DNA of 63,701 bases, counting the filler, from Welwitschia mirabilis (taxonomy: Eukaryota), in the NCBI GenBank assembly GCA_051453625.1. It is 5 parts of one record of this genome, joined end to end, with 100 filler letters (N's around TTAATTAATTAA, not from the genome) between each part and the next. Parts side by side here need not be neighbours in the genome. Positions count along the whole stretch, not along the records: positions 31,637 to 58,629 come from JBOZIK010000001.1; 4 more parts are not named here. The stretch is one strand, 5' to 3'. The position numbers were made by a program, and so were the translations under genes. Positions 39,380-53,545 of this stretch are shown one piece after another. Position 1 is the stretch's first letter. Every line of letters begins with the position of its first letter. A model generated the notes under the pieces. It was not told where the DNA came from and made no database searches. It was given only the letters and a program-made list of their open reading frames with translations.

Positions 39380-39608
39380 TTTCAAGAGTTCTGAAATCAC
39401 GATCAAAAGAGGCATTACAATAAAACATTCTATTAAGAAAAGGATAAGATAAACCTGAAACATCTAAAAATTGATTAAGATCTTGTTCTCTTAAGAGTTG
39501 AATGACTTCCCTGAGTTCCATAAGCTCTGAGGTAGATACAAATCATTCTTGACACACAACATTCTTCTCAAACTTATCAGAAAACTTGTCAATATCTTCT
39601 TCTGACAT
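39380..39608 (-). pseudogene. Second copy of the extra ORF's N-terminus
   Basis: MSEEDIDKF...ELREVIQLLREQDLNQFLDVSGLSYPFLNRMFYCNASFDR; paralogous to 38583-38811. Confidence 0.8.
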
Positions 39609-40599
39609 TCCTTAGTAGAAGAAGAATGGTTCCCTTAAAGGATCCTCTTTTGCTCTTCTCCTGGAAGAACTTTAATCCATTCTAAGATTTTTGCAAGCAA
39701 AAAAGACTGAGAAAATCATTAGATCTGGAAGTAAGATCTCTAAATCTTGAAAGAAAAACACTAGATCTAAGAGCTAGAGAGGACTAGAATACAATGAAAT
39801 TAAGTTAGTATTCTATTTCTTTTATAAACTAAAGGAAACAGGGAAAAATGAATAAAGAAATTGGATCCACTGACTATACTTCTATACTATAATCCATTAA
39901 GTCTGGTTGATTGCTCGAGGTTCTAGTTGACCCATTGAGACNNNNNNNNNNNNNNNNNNNNNNNNNNNNNNNNNNNNNNNNNNNNNNNNNNNNNNNNNNN
40001 NNNNNNNNNNNNNNNNNNNNNNNNNNNNNNNNNNNNNNNNNNNNNNNNNNNNNNNNNNNNNNNNNNNNNNNNNNNNNNNNNNNNNNNNNNNNNNNNNNNN
40101 NNNNNNNNNNNNNNNNNNNNNNNNNNNNNNNNNNNNNNNNNNNNNNNNNNNNNNNNNNNNNNNNNNNNNNNNNNNNNNNNNNNNNNNNNNNNNNNNNNNN
40201 NNNNNNNNNNNNNNNNNNNNNNNNNNNNNNNNNNNNNNNNNNNNNNNNNNNNNNNNNNNNNNNNNNNNNNNNNNNNNNNNNNNNNNNNNNNNNNNNNNNN
40301 NNNNNNNNNNNNNNNNNNNNNNNNNNNNNNNNNNNNNNNNNNNNNNNNNNNNNNNNNNNNNNNNNNTCTCAGTCCATTCAACTGACTACATCCAGTTGAC
40401 TGAATCATAGATCTAGTTGACCACCCTATAATCAGCTAAGGGATGGTGACTTAACTCCCAGATCAATTTCATAATTAACAGATTAATTATAAACATAGGG
40501 TTTTATATCAAAATTTGCTAGAAAACATTCAGTTCTATCAAAATTTAACCCAACATCATGATTTTTATGGACTAATTGATTAATCAAATTAATATCTAT

Positions 40600-42579
40600 T
40601 CTATAAATGTTATCCACATGTTTTGCAAAAAAGATAGAAGCATTTATTTTTTAATCTACAATAGTACATTTTAATTTTTCAAAATTATTCTATGACCTTT
40701 GTCAAAAAGTTGACTTACACTTAATAAATTGTGTTTCAACCCATTTACATAAAGCACATTATCAAGTTTAGGTAACATACCTTCCTTTATGCATCCAGTA
40801 CCTTTTATTTTTGCTATTTCATTGTTTTTAAAGATGACTTCTCCTCCATTTATGCTCTTCAAATTTTGAAAGCTTGATTTTTCTCCAAACATATGCCTTC
40901 AACAACCACTATCTAGATACTAGCTATTCATATGTAGTCCTTTGAAAGCTATCTGCATTAAAAAACTTTGAAAATTATTAGTTTTAACTTACTTAGTCTT
41001 ATTTGAATTAGGTGGTATAATTTTCTTAAGAATAAAATTAAAAGGTAAGTTGTTTCTATTTTTAGAAAAAATCATTAATTGTATAACTTTACAAAAAGGA
41101 TTTGAATGACCAAGTTTCTTATAAAATTACATAGAAGATTAGGCACATACTTACTCTTATGATTTTTGTAATCTAAAGCCAATACCTAATTTATCTTTAG
41201 TAGGATTTTGTACTCCAAGCATTTGTTCCAATTTAGAAGAGCTATCGAAAAATTTATTTACAAAAAAAATAAAGATCTTCTACTTAAGAAATTAGCTTGA
41301 TGTTATCAGATTTAAGCATATTATATTTCTCTTCCAATTCTTCCTTTTCTTTAGAAATAAACTTCACTATTTTATTTAACTCATTTATTCTCTTGACTAG
41401 ATTTTCACACTCCTCATACAACTCCTAACATGTATCTTCTATCTCATCTTCTTCTTCATTTACTATATCTAAATCATCGAGTATTGATGTGCTAGGAATA
41501 TTTTTAGGTGATGGTATAAAATATATAAAAGACAATCTTCTATCTCTATCTGATTCATGATTTAAATATTTTTCCTCATCTTCATCATCTTTATTATTTC
41601 AAGTAGTTATGAATGAGGGATTCCTTAAGTTTCTGTTATATCTCTTTATATTAGTACACTATCTAGCCATATGTCCAAATCCTTTGCATGAGTAGCATTG
41701 GATTTCTTTCCTCTTTTCTTGCTCTCTTCATTTTTTTGGATTACTTTTTTTTGCATTCCTACTAGATTCTCCTTTTTTTTTCATGAATAAATTTCCTAAA
41801 TCTTCTAGCTAGAAGATCCACTTCATTATTATCAAATTCCTCATCCGATCTGTTAGATCTATAGTATTCCTGCACACATTTTAAAGTAATACCTTTTATT
41901 TTATCTTTAATAAATTTAAGCTTATATGTTTGCAAATTACCTTAAAGTTATTCTTTGCAAATTACCTTAAAGTTATTCTAATGCCATTGCATTGATATTC
42001 TTGCTCTCTTTAGTGGCTATTATATTCTATTTGAATCTCTTGGGTAGGTATCTCAAGAATTTCCTTACCACTTTTCTTTCCTCCATGCATTCTCTGTGGC
42101 TTATCATTGAGTTTACAATAAGTCTAGAAAAAATTCTTATAAAGTTTTTCTTCATCCATATAAATATCTTCAAATTTAGAAATGAGCATTTAGAGTTTAT
42201 CTTNNNNNNNNNNNNNNNNNNNNNNNNNNNNNNNNNNNNNNNNNNNNNNNNNNNNNNNNNNNNNNNNNNNNNNNNNNNNNNNNNNNNNNNNNNNNNNNNN
42301 NNNNNNNNNNNNNNNNNNNNNNAGAGCATAGACATATATGATGGTTTTTGCCTTTTCTGTGGTTGTCCATTGGTCTCTGGATTTGGGAACTAGGATAGTG
42401 TTGTCATTTGGATCAATTTAGATTATCATGGATATAGTGTAACCTTTGTAGATAACTTCTTATATGTCATCATCCAGGGTTCTAAGAAATATTCTCATCT
42501 TAGCTTTCTAATAAGCATAGTTTAACCCATCAAACATAGGTGGATGACTGATTGAAAAACCATCAAAAAGGTTACTCAT
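40600..42579 (-). pseudogene. gag + protease of SIRE element 1
   Basis: ATG at 42579 (MSNLFDGFSISHPPMFDGLNYAY*KAKM), zinc knuckle QCYSCKGFGHMAR*C at ~41655-41703, YLDSGC*RHMFGEK...NVLYVNGLKHNLLSVSQLFD at 40671-40925. Confidence 0.93.
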
Positions 42580-42630
42580 TTTTAGGGTTCTAAGGTCAAG
42601 ATTGTTAAAATATATTATACACTCAACTTA

Positions 42631-42642
42631 GCTCTGATATCA
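42631..42642 (-). promoter_or_regulatory. PBS (tRNA-iMet) of SIRE element 1
   Basis: gctctgatatca is 11/12 to the complement of TGGTATCAGAGC, 2 nt from the LTR. Confidence 0.9.
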
Positions 42643-42644
42643 AA

Positions 42645-44545
42645 TGATAGAATCAAGAAATCCAGGGGAAGTAAATAGGTTCTTTCAAAAACTCAATAAT
42701 TAATCTAAAATAAAACTTTTTAAAATACAACTTGTATATGAAATAAATTATTCTAGTATATGCATAAAATGATAAGATACTAAAAGTAAAAATTTAAAAA
42801 CTAAAAACACAAACTACCAATTTGACACAAGATAGATTTATAGTGGTTCGAGAAACTCTTCTACTCCACTCTTAATGATCAGCTTCTCCTAAGCTTGATC
42901 TCGGATCTCTGTTACTCCATTAGGTATTCTAGGTTCACTTGTAACCTTTACAAGTAGGCCCCTCAAGGATAAGTCTCAACCTTTAGAATGGAATTTTCAA
43001 GTCTTAGTCTTAACCTATAGCACAGACTTTTCAAGGCTTGGTCTTAACCTATAGCACATACTTTTTAAGGCTTAGTATCAACCTATAGAAAACAATGGTA
43101 GTGATGTAGTAATTCCTCAATAGCACAAATATTACTCATTCTGAAAATAGTACAATAGATGGATCTCTCCTCCTGTACAAGTATACCAATGATGCTCTAG
43201 ATCTGACTTTAAATGAAGCACATATGCCAATGAAAAATCTCCTCTAATCAGATGTGTAGAAGCCAAAATATAATAGTGATGACAAATGTGAATGCATAGC
43301 TTAATCCTTCAGATCCAAATTAATTTTTTCAAAATGAGAATGATTCCAAAAAGATCTCTTAGTCATATATGGCTTAGTTATTTATAATGGAAGGCTATTA
43401 GGGTTTAGTATATTTGAATTGCACCTGCAACAGCTATAAATGGCTAAAAAACTACTACCTAATGGCCAGATAACAAATATATAATATTTAAAAAAATTTC
43501 TTTTTTGCACCATCTACTCAACTCCATAAAAACTTGGTTGACCCCATATGATGCCATAAATTATACAAGTTACCCAAGAGAAAGATTTAATCATCTTATA
43601 TCTTCATATTTGATCAATCCCATCTGGATCTGGTTGATTTCAATCTAGTTGACCTCTTCCTAGGTCTGGCTGATACTTTGACTCTCTGTCTAGGAATACT
43701 TTTNNNNNNNNNNNNNNNNNNNNNNNNNNNNNNNNNNNNNNNNNNNNNNNNNNNNNNNNNNNNNNNNNNNNNNNNNNNNNNNNNNNNNNNNNNNNNNNNN
43801 NNNCATTTAAAAAAATTTCTTTTTTGCACCATCTGGTCGACTCCATAAAAACTTGGTTGACCCCATATGATGTCATAAATTATACAAGTTACTTGAGAGA
43901 AAGATTCATTCATCTTATATCTTCACATTTGATCAATCCCATCTAGATCTGGTTGATTCCAATCTAGTTGACCTCTTCTGGATCTGGTCGATACTTTGAC
44001 TCTCCGTTTAGGAATACTTTTTATTAAGTTCTCATATCTAGTCAGCCCCATAAAAATTTGGTCGATCCCTTTATATTCAGTTTAGGGATACNNNNNNNNN
44101 NNNNNNNNNNNNNNNNNNNNNNNNNNNNNNNNNNNNNNNNNNNNNNNNNNNNNNNNNNNNNNNNNNNNNNNNNNNNNNNNNNNNNNNNNNNGGAATACTT
44201 TTTATTAGGTTTTCATATCTAGTCAACCCCATAAAAATTTGGTCAATCCCTTTATATTCAGTTTAGGGATACTAGTTCTTCAAGTTACAGGTCTAATCAA
44301 CCCCATCAGAACCCGATCAATCCCTTTAGATTTAGTCCATTTTTCTTTGACAGCTTTAGGTGTGATCGACCCCTTAAGGACTCGGTCAATCCCTCTGGAG
44401 GGTGAATAAGTAGACAAGTTTCTAGTGTACATTTTTGTTCCATATTTCAATCTACAAAAACTTTAATATCTTATGCATAAAATATACAACATTAGCTATA
44501 AAAAAGACATTAGTTTGACATCAATTGACAAAACATAATCCAACA
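42645..44545 (-). repeat. 5' LTR of SIRE-like element 1 (length inflated by two gaps and overlaps)
   Basis: tgatagaa...cataatccaaca. Confidence 0.92.
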
Positions 44546-44836
44546 AAATGATCAAGTAAGAATATTAAGAGTCTACAAAATAAGGAATACCTCTAATGAT
44601 ACTAGAAATACCACTGATTCTTAATACTTAATGTTTATTACAATTTTTGCCATAATGAAGGGAGTGCAACCATATTCACAAAAGTAAGGACCTATGAAGC
44701 ATGGTTAACTAACCCCCTTAGTGAAATTTCCATAGCCACCAATACTACCAAAAGNNNNNNNNNNNNNNNNNNNNNNNNNNNNNNNNNNNNNNNNNNNNNN
44801 NNNNNNNNNNNNNNNNNNNNNNNNNNNNNNNNNNNN

Positions 44837-44900
<64 letters not shown>
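44837..44900. repeat. (CT)n microsatellite
   Basis: About 32 pure TC units next to a gap. Confidence 0.97.
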
Positions 44901-44903
<3 letters not shown>

Positions 44904-45449
44904 ATTTTTTGAAAAATTCCCATATTATCACACACTCAAAAAGATGAAATGAATAAGTAAGATAAAATACAGAAAAGAACACTCCCAAATAATCAAAGAC
45001 CTTACACCATTAAAAAAAGAATAAGAACTAAGTCATCTTCCTTTGAAGTAAAGTCCATGGGTAAGAGAATGTCTCAAGATTAGATGAATTAAATCTTAAG
45101 ATTGTAAAATGGCCAAGTATGAATACTTATCATGGAAAACTTCATAAAGAAACACATAAGTCAATTTTAAAAGATGATCAAGTAACATGATAACATTCAT
45201 CAAAGGAATAATCTAAGAAAGAACTCAAATAATAATAAGAAAGAAGTTCTTCTCATTGAGGAAAATCTCCAAAATAAGTGCTTTTATCATGTTTATGGTT
45301 GCATTGAACGATTCTTGGTATAGTTTTAACTATTACCCATTAAATTTATGAATCTCATTATTCTCTAAATCTAAAATTTTAATAGAGCTATTAGAATGAA
45401 CTTTTTATACAAGATAAGGACTTAATCATTTATAGTTCAACTTATTATT

Positions 45450-48400
45450 CAAAAGATGTAACCTAGTATTGTGTAAAAAAATAAGTTGACTTGGTTCAAA
45501 CTTTTTATGAAGTATCTTTTTTTCATGTTTAAATTTAGCTTGGGTTTTATGGATTAATTGATAATGTATAATGTGAGTTTATTTTTTATTAAGGTGATCT
45601 AGTTGGAATAATCTATATTTAAGGTTTTTATGAAAGTCTATAAGATTAAGTTGATAAGAAGCACAATAAGAATTATAGTACACATCATTAGGTAAAAAGA
45701 AAACTTTTCTATACATAAGTTTATAAGGTAAAAAACCAAGAGAAGTATGTCAAGTAGTTTAGTAAGTCCAAAGAACATTGTTAAGATTAGAAGCCCGAGA
45801 TTTTTTATTAATAAAAAAGTTTTTACAACATTTTTTAATTTCTTTATTTGCATTTTCAGCCTAATTATTAGTTTGAGAATGATAAGCACAAGCTACTCTA
45901 TGTTTTATTCTAATGGATAAAAGAAGTTTTCTAAAAATCTAATTTATAAAATGAGTTTCTTAATCACTAATGATAATCCTAGAAAAATCAAATCACTAAA
46001 AAATATTAGTTTTAAAAAAATGATAAATAGTTCAAGTATCATTCAAAGAAGTAGAAATAGCTTCAACCCATTTAGTCACCTAATCTACAAGCACTAAAAT
46101 GTAATGTTTATCATAAAAAGTTGGGTAAATAGGGCCTATAAAATCAATATCCTAATAATCAAAAGGTTCAAAGCAAGAATAGATTTAAGGGACATCTTTT
46201 GAGCATGAATAAGGCTACCATTATGCTAATAAGGATTACACCTTTTAGCAAAATGAAAAGAATCCTTAAAAAAAGATTAGGCTAATAAAAACCTAAATGA
46301 AGAATTTTCATAGTGGTTTGTCCCATAAGGTAATCTCCACAAACATTACTATGACAAAGATGAAGGATTTTATATTTTTTACAATTAGGCATACATTTTT
46401 GCATAATTTAATATTTACACCTATGGTACAAATGTGGCTCTATCCACTCATAGTTACCTATTCTATGGAGAAAAGACTTGTGTTAATTATAAGTTTAATG
46501 TTGTAGTGTTTTTATAGTTAAAATCNNNNNNNNNNNNNNNNNNNNNNNNNNNNNNNNNNNNNNNNNNNNNNNNNNNNNNNNNNNNNNNNNNNNNNNNNNN
46601 NNNNNNNNNNNNNNNNNNNNNNNNNACAAAGATGAAGGATTTTATATTTTTTACAATTAGGCATACATTTTTGCATAATTTAATATTTACACTTATGGTA
46701 CAAATGTGGCTCTATCCACTCATAGTTACCTATTCTATAGAGAAAAGACTTATGTTAATTATAAGTTTAATGTTGTAGTGTTTTTATAGTTAAAAGCTAA
46801 TTAACAATATTTACATACCAATCAAGAGGATGAGTAGAAGATATAGAAAAAGGTTTCTTATCTAGAAAAGAATCATCAATACTAGAATNNNNNNNNNNAA
46901 AGATGAGACAAATAATCAGCAACACAGTTATAGTTCCCTACTTTATCAATAATGGTCAGGAGGATCCATCTAATCAATCTATCACTATAATCTTTTTAAG
47001 TCATGAGGTAAAAAATAGAAGCATGGTTGGTATAAACATTTGTATAAAATCCTAAAAGATAATATCTAAGTGTATCAAGGTAAAAGATGATGGTTAACAG
47101 TTCTTTCTCTATATTAGTATAATTCATTTGAGTTCTTAATATAGCTTTTCTTTAGTAAGATATAACTTTAAAATCATTTTCATATATTTAACAAAGTACT
47201 ACACCCATGGAAAAATTTCTCACATCACACATTAATTCAAAGTCTTTTTTCAAATCAGGTTCCATTATAATAAGAGCATAAAAAGTTTACATTTTATCCT
47301 ATTAAGAGCAAGCTGACAAGATTCATTCCATTCAAATTAAGCTTCTTTCTCTAAGAATGAGTAAAGGGATTTATAAATATTTGTATAATCATGAATAAAC
47401 TAATGGTGAAAACGACAATAACTAATAAAAGATCTAACTTGTTTCACATTTATAAGAGAATTTAGGTTTTGAATAATATCAATTTTTTTAGAATTCACCC
47501 TAATTCCTTCTTTCAAAATATGATGATTTAAAATAATTCCACTTTCATCTAAAAATAAACTCTTTTCCCAACTTAAATATAGGCCACTAAAAATCAACAA
47601 TCAAGGACTTTCTCTAATTGTTCTATAATTTATTCAAAAGTATTACATAAATAGAGAAGTCATTCATAAAAATTTCAATCGAATCCTCAGGAATATTAGG
47701 AAAAATACCCATCATAGCATGCTAAGAAGTATTAGAAGCATTACAAAGTCTAAAAGGCATGTGTTGAAAAGTGGAAGTACCAAAAGGTAAAGTAAAAGTA
47801 GTTTTGACTTAGTCCTCACTAGCATACAAATCTAGTTGTAACTACTATATCCATCAAGAAAAGGCAAAGGATAGTGATCTTTTTTGGTTACTTTGTTTAA
47901 TTTTTTAAAATCTATTCACATTTTTCATTTCTTATATTTCTTAAGAACTATTATCAAAGGACTAATGCACTCACTATCAACTATAGCATAAATTATTTTA
48001 GCATCAATTAATTTTATGATTTCATTTTTAACAACTTACCTAAGGACTAGATTAAGTCTACATTAGGGTTGCCTAATAAGTTTTGTGTTATCCTCAAGGT
48101 AGATTTTATGTTAAACAATTAAGGTAGGAATGGCTATTAAATCCTTATGGGATGAAGTGAATGCATTTACTTAGATTACAAAAGAGAGATTATGCTTGAT
48201 TCTTATTAAGGGAAAAGGTTTTTCTTAATTATCGAATATTTGATAAAATCATTATTCAAAAAAATGTATTTCAATCCAATAAATAAGGGTTTTAGATTCA
48301 AATTTAAATGTAGATTTTTATTTTCTGTTAAACTTTTATAAAAACTTATTGTCATCTTAGAATATCATCAAGATATCAGTAGTGGATGATCAACCTCAAA

Positions 48401-50600
48401 ATATGTAATCTCGGTTCTCCTTATATCTAAAACTTTTGAATAGTTAATAGACTCAGTCTCTTTACTTTATAGACTAAAATAATTAATTTCTAGATCATTA
48501 AAATCAATTTAATATTCATTAAGAATATAAAAGTTATTTACTTCTAATTGATTATCAAACAAACTTGGTTCATAAAGCATTGACCATCTCTCTTCAAGTG
48601 CATAGTACTATTAAAAAAAAGTTGGCTTTATTTATTCTTCTACACTCAAATCATTTCCTAAATCTTTTCAGCCATACCAAACACTCTTATTAAAAACTTC
48701 TTATTTTTTAAATGAAACTCCATCAAACTGGTTCTCATATCTATAATATAATGGTTTGTTGCATAAAAATCTCTACCTAGAAATAAAGGATAACCACTTC
48801 TATATTCAACTTAAATCACAAAAATATCAATGGGGTAAAAATATTCTTCAATCTAAATGATCAAACACATCTAAAGATTTCTTAATAGAAGTATCAGCCA
48901 ATTCTAAGACAATCCTATAGGCTTTATTCTATGTTCCAATCCAAGTCTGTGATAAATATGTAAGGGTATAATGTTGACGCTAGCTCTAATATTAATCAAG
49001 GCTCTCTTAAACCTTCTATTTTTTTCTATAGTAACATTAATAGATACTACTCCTAAATCTTTAAACTGTGAACATTTTTACAAAACTAAATTATTAATGG
49101 ATTAAGCTAGGATAACTTTACTAGGAATGGTTCACTTTTGTTTCCTCCTAATTAGATGTTTCCATAACTTAGAATACTTAGGATTCTCTTACAAAAGTNN
49201 NNNNNNNNNNNNNNNNNNNNNNNNNNNNNNNNNNNNNNNNNNNNNNNNNNNNNNNNNNNNNNNNNNNNNNNNNNNNNNNNNNNNNNNNNNNNNNNNNNTG
49301 GACATTTTTACAAAACTAAATTATTAATGGATTAAGCTGGGATAACTTTACTAGGAATGGTTCACTTTTGTTTCCTCTTAATTAGATGTTTCCATAACTT
49401 AGAATACTTAGGATTCTCTTACAAAATTTTCCAAAATGATAAATTTAATTCTCACATTTTACATTAATACTTTTAAATAATCATTAAAGGTAGGATTTAT
49501 ATTCAATCTATCAAGCCAATGGATAATGAGTTTCGTATGTGAAGAATTTTTCTTTTTATTGCTTAATGGATAAGGAAAAAAATGATTTTCTAAAATTTCT
49601 ATATCCTTTTCTTCATCATTTTTATCACTTTATGATGTAGAGGCCTCATGGTGAAAGGTGTTATCTCATTTCCACTTCTTATCATCCTCTTACAATCTTT
49701 ATTAACTTCATTTGGGTTTGATAAAGGTTGAGTGGCAAGTGACCCTTATGGTATTTGGTTAACAAGCATGGTTTGTTACAAAAGACTTACAAGATTTTCA
49801 ATGTTGAAGTTTATTCTTTCTTATATTTTTCTCAACTCATTAATATAACTCCTAAGAGAATCACGTTAGTTTTGTAAGTTAGATGAGCTTGCTTGATTAT
49901 TTGAGTTATTCTATTGGAAGTTTGTATTCTCAAATCACTTTTTAGATGGTTGAAAGTTAAGATGATTTGTTTAAAAAATTTTAAATTTGGATTGTCCACT
50001 CATCTTGAGTTGAAAATTATTGTGATTTTGGATTTAACTTTGGTTTTGGTTTTGGTTGAAGTTTGAAGACCTTTGCTTAAAAACATACACTTTCTTATAG
50101 ACTCTTTTTTTTTAAGTTAAAAGTAAAGAATACTCTTTTATAATATGATAGTTATCTTTGCACAAATTACAAATAGGAGCTACAACTACACTCTTTGTGG
50201 TTACCACCTTTACATCTAAAATCATTTGAATGTATTTTTCTAAAGTTGAGGTGAAATCCTTCATGACATTTATTGGTTCATTTTTAGTTTTTATTTATTC
50301 TTTTTCTTGTTTAACCTCCTTAAGGTATTTAATCATTTGATATACAAATTGGTTTTTTCTAGATGAGGATTTAGGCCAAGTCTAGCTTACTTTTACCAAC
50401 TTTTCAATACTTTTCAAGCATTTTCTAAGGTAAGGTTCAACAAATTTCCTTTACATGAAAAATCAACTAGTTTATTTATTTGATTGTTGAGTTCACTATA
50501 AATGTAGTCTACCAATTCTTCTTAAGAAAATGCATCTATGGGATTTAAATGTAAAGCAATGAAACATATCTCATAGGTAGGGATCATCATCATTTCATGT
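45450..50600 (-). pseudogene. Athila-type gag-pol pseudogene
   Basis: gag GSLATQPLSNP at ~49715-49745; protease ALINIRASVNIIP at ~48964-49002; RT KDHYPLPF/LDGYSSYN at ~47835-47885; RH EKELL at ~47100; integrase DIDFIGP at ~46132-46152 and KWVEAI at ~46060. Confidence 0.9.
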
Positions 50601-50774
50601 CATCTAGATAATGAAGCAAATGATAAAGCTTTTATTTTGTAACTGGAAAAATAAAACTTATGAAAATAAAATATATGCTACTATAGATAAAATATAATAT
50701 TGTTATTGGTAGACATCCAAACTGAAACTGAATACTTATTGGAATAATGATAAATCTCAAAATTCAAGCAACCT

Positions 50775-50792
50775 TCCTTAGTAACATTACCA
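50775..50792 (-). promoter_or_regulatory. Decayed Athila PBS (tRNA-Asp type)
   Basis: tccttagtaacattacca vs TCCCCGGCAACGGCGCCA: 10/18 identical, 7 of 8 mismatches are C>T/G>A; 3 nt from the LTR terminus. Confidence 0.7.
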
Positions 50793-50795
50793 ATA

Positions 50796-51647
50796 TGTTG
50801 TAGTGTGTACTTGTATGAATAATTAAGCTTAAAAAGATCCTATCATTTACAAATAAAATAGATATCTGCACAACACAATACACTAATATGAATAGGAGTT
50901 AACCCAAATATTGTAATCCATCAAAGGCCCAGGCTAGAGAAAGAGAATTGATTTCAACAAGAAACACTATGTATTTTATCAACAAAAATAAATTGTAATG
51001 CAAAAAAAGTAAAATGTAAAACTATTATACAAAGTTAATCTAGGAAAGAAAAATGGAAATGCACCTAAACTAATGTTTCTCAACATTAATAAAGGTTTCT
51101 CTTATAACCTATATCACTCAGGAAACTATCATTAAATTAGAAGCAACAAAAAATATGAGGAATAAAAATAGACAAGCATATGAATTAAAAAGAAGTCATT
51201 GTATTAATCAAATCACATTTGTGTTATAAGTCAGCCATACTTCAATGGAGGAAGAACAACCCAATACCAAGGAAGATGTCTCTCTATAACTATCAAGGAT
51301 GGATCTCTAGCCCTTCAATCTCCTATTATGAGAATTTTTAGTATAATAAAAAACAATAAAGTTAATGGTAGAATTAACACTTATTGGTAAAAACACACAA
51401 TAATAAGATAGACAGATAATAATAGGCATAACCCTAGTGGCCACATCAATTATACATACAAATAAATGAAAAGAGTTATATCAGTGAGACATTATAACAA
51501 ATGTTATCCTACTAGTCATCTAGATGATATAAAGGATGATACCACCTCATAAGTAATTCATGTCATCTACTAAATTAATCATAATAAGCATCTCCTTTGA
51601 CTTTAGATGTTGTGTCATTTATATTATCATTTGGATAATGAAGTGGA
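50796..51647 (-). repeat. Athila-type 5' LTR, interrupted by SIRE element 2
   Basis: Starts tgttgtagtg; colinear with 30356-31203 until the SIRE LTR begins. Confidence 0.85.
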
Positions 51648-53545
51648 TGAAGTAGGATCAATAACCCTAAGGGAGGTGAATAGGTTTCTAAATATATTTA
51701 AATAACTTCATAATATTAGCTTACTTGAAATAAATCGCTAAAAACTTATGTAAGAACTAAAAATATTCTGAAAAATGGAATAATAGAAAGCATAGAGATA
51801 TTAATCAAATGCATATAAGATTTATAGTGATTTGAAAAAAAACCACTATTCCATTTTTGATAATCAGTTTCTATCCAAGTTTGATCTGGATCTTTATTAA
51901 TCTCTTTCAGATATTGTAGATTCACTTGTAACCTTTATAGATGGAATTTTTCTAAAGGCTTAGTCTCAACCTTTTATAAGAAGGTATAATAGTGATAATG
52001 ATATGCCCAAATGCATAGGTATTACTTAATATTTAGCTTAGGAATGATATGAAAGAACTTCTTTAGAATATGGTACAATCTAAAAATAAAGAGTGCTATA
52101 GATCTAACTATGTATGTAAAGATACCAACAGTTCTTGGTTCATCTTTTATTACAAATGTGATGCTAATTAGTATAGTGAAAAATCCAAAAGATTCAAAAG
52201 TTTAATTTAGTAATTTTAACTCTTGACAATATATAGTAAAAGACTTTTAGAGTTCTAACAAGTACAAAGATCTTCTAATAGACATAAAATAGATACCTAA
52301 TGGCTATAAAATTTCTATTTTTGTTATGCTTTATCGACTCCTCAAAAGTTTGGTTGACCATACTTGGTGCCATTACTTAAATCAGTTAACCTTGTGTTGT
52401 TTCAGTTAACCCCAGTTTCTTATAGCTCTATGTCTGATCGACCCATTAGGATCTAGCTGACTACTTATCTGGTTGCTCACATATCCATCTGGTCACTCAC
52501 TTGATCCAAATAAAATCCAACATAGTTTTTTGCTCTAGGTCTAGTTTCTAGTCAATCCCTTAATAATCAACTATGAAGTATTGATGCTTAGTTATATAGA
52601 TTTGATCAATCCCTTATGTACTTGGTCAATCCTTGATGATTGGCTAAGAAGTACTAGATACATACTACTTAGATCTAATTAAACAATTAAATGTCCATAG
52701 TGCTCAGGTCCAGTTAACCCCTTAGATGTTTAATTGATTCCTTAACAATTAGTTAATAAGTACTACTGCTCAGGTTTACAACTTTAGTCAACCCCTCAAA
52801 TGCTCGGTCAACCCCTTTGAATTCAGTTCTCTTTTATGAATTTACTTCAAATGCGGTCGACTTCTTATAAGTCTGGTCGATCACATAAGAGGATATCAAA
52901 ACTTGACAAGTTTTAAGATAAAAATGTGACATAAAATACTTCAAATTTTGACCTATAGTTTAATCAATATTTTTTGAATAATATAAAATAAACTTCACTA
53001 CACAAAAACATTAGTTTGACATCAATTAATAAATAATACTTTAACAATTTTCCCATTTGATATTGATGGAAAACATTTTCTTAGTTGAGAATATTAGATT
53101 TGAAAAAACCCCCCCTTACAAAATGCTTATTAAATTTTGTAAAAATATTAACCATTTTGTATTAATTAGGATATTTTAGAAAGTTTCAAATTTGTGTTAA
53201 AATTAAAACCATTTGAAATACAATTTGAGAGATATGAAAATGCCAAAATATATAGAATAAACAATATTTTAATCATGAATNNNNNNNNNNNNNNNNNNNN
53301 TACCAAAAAATTGAGTTCATAATAAAAATAATGTGCAATAAAAATTTGAGATAAAAATTACAGAGCATAAAACCAAGTGCATTTCTATTACTAAAATATT
53401 GATAGTACAATAAAAAAGTGCTCATCAAGAGTAGATACAACTAAAAGAAACATAAAAAACTAACTAATTCTCCCCCTTTTAACGTCAATAACAAAGAAGA
53501 GAAGAATCACAATCATGAAATAAAAACATAAGAAAAACAAAAAGA

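Larger units (their letters stand above)
34964..44545 (-). mobile_element. SIRE/Sirevirus-like Ty1/copia element with both termini, internally deleted (non-autonomous)
   Basis: Two LTRs (34964-36312, 42645-44545), TSD aaata/aaatg, PBS 42631-42642, multiple PPTs, gag + protease, extra 3' ORF; no INT/RT/RH motifs. Confidence 0.9.
30356..51647 (-). mobile_element. Athila-type Ty3/gypsy element with nested SIRE insertions
   Basis: On the minus strand the order is LTR-PBS(Asp)-gag-PR-RT-RH-INT-long 3' region-PPT-LTR. The flanks of the 34964-44545 insertion are contiguous in the paralog at ~60860-61290. It crosses a scaffold spacer at 31537-31636, so the LTR pairing is not certain. Confidence 0.7.

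Noticed and set aside
43515..44395. CRISPR-like regularly spaced short repeats
   Set aside because: These are degenerate LTR-internal motifs with irregular spacing, no cas genes and a plant retrotransposon context.
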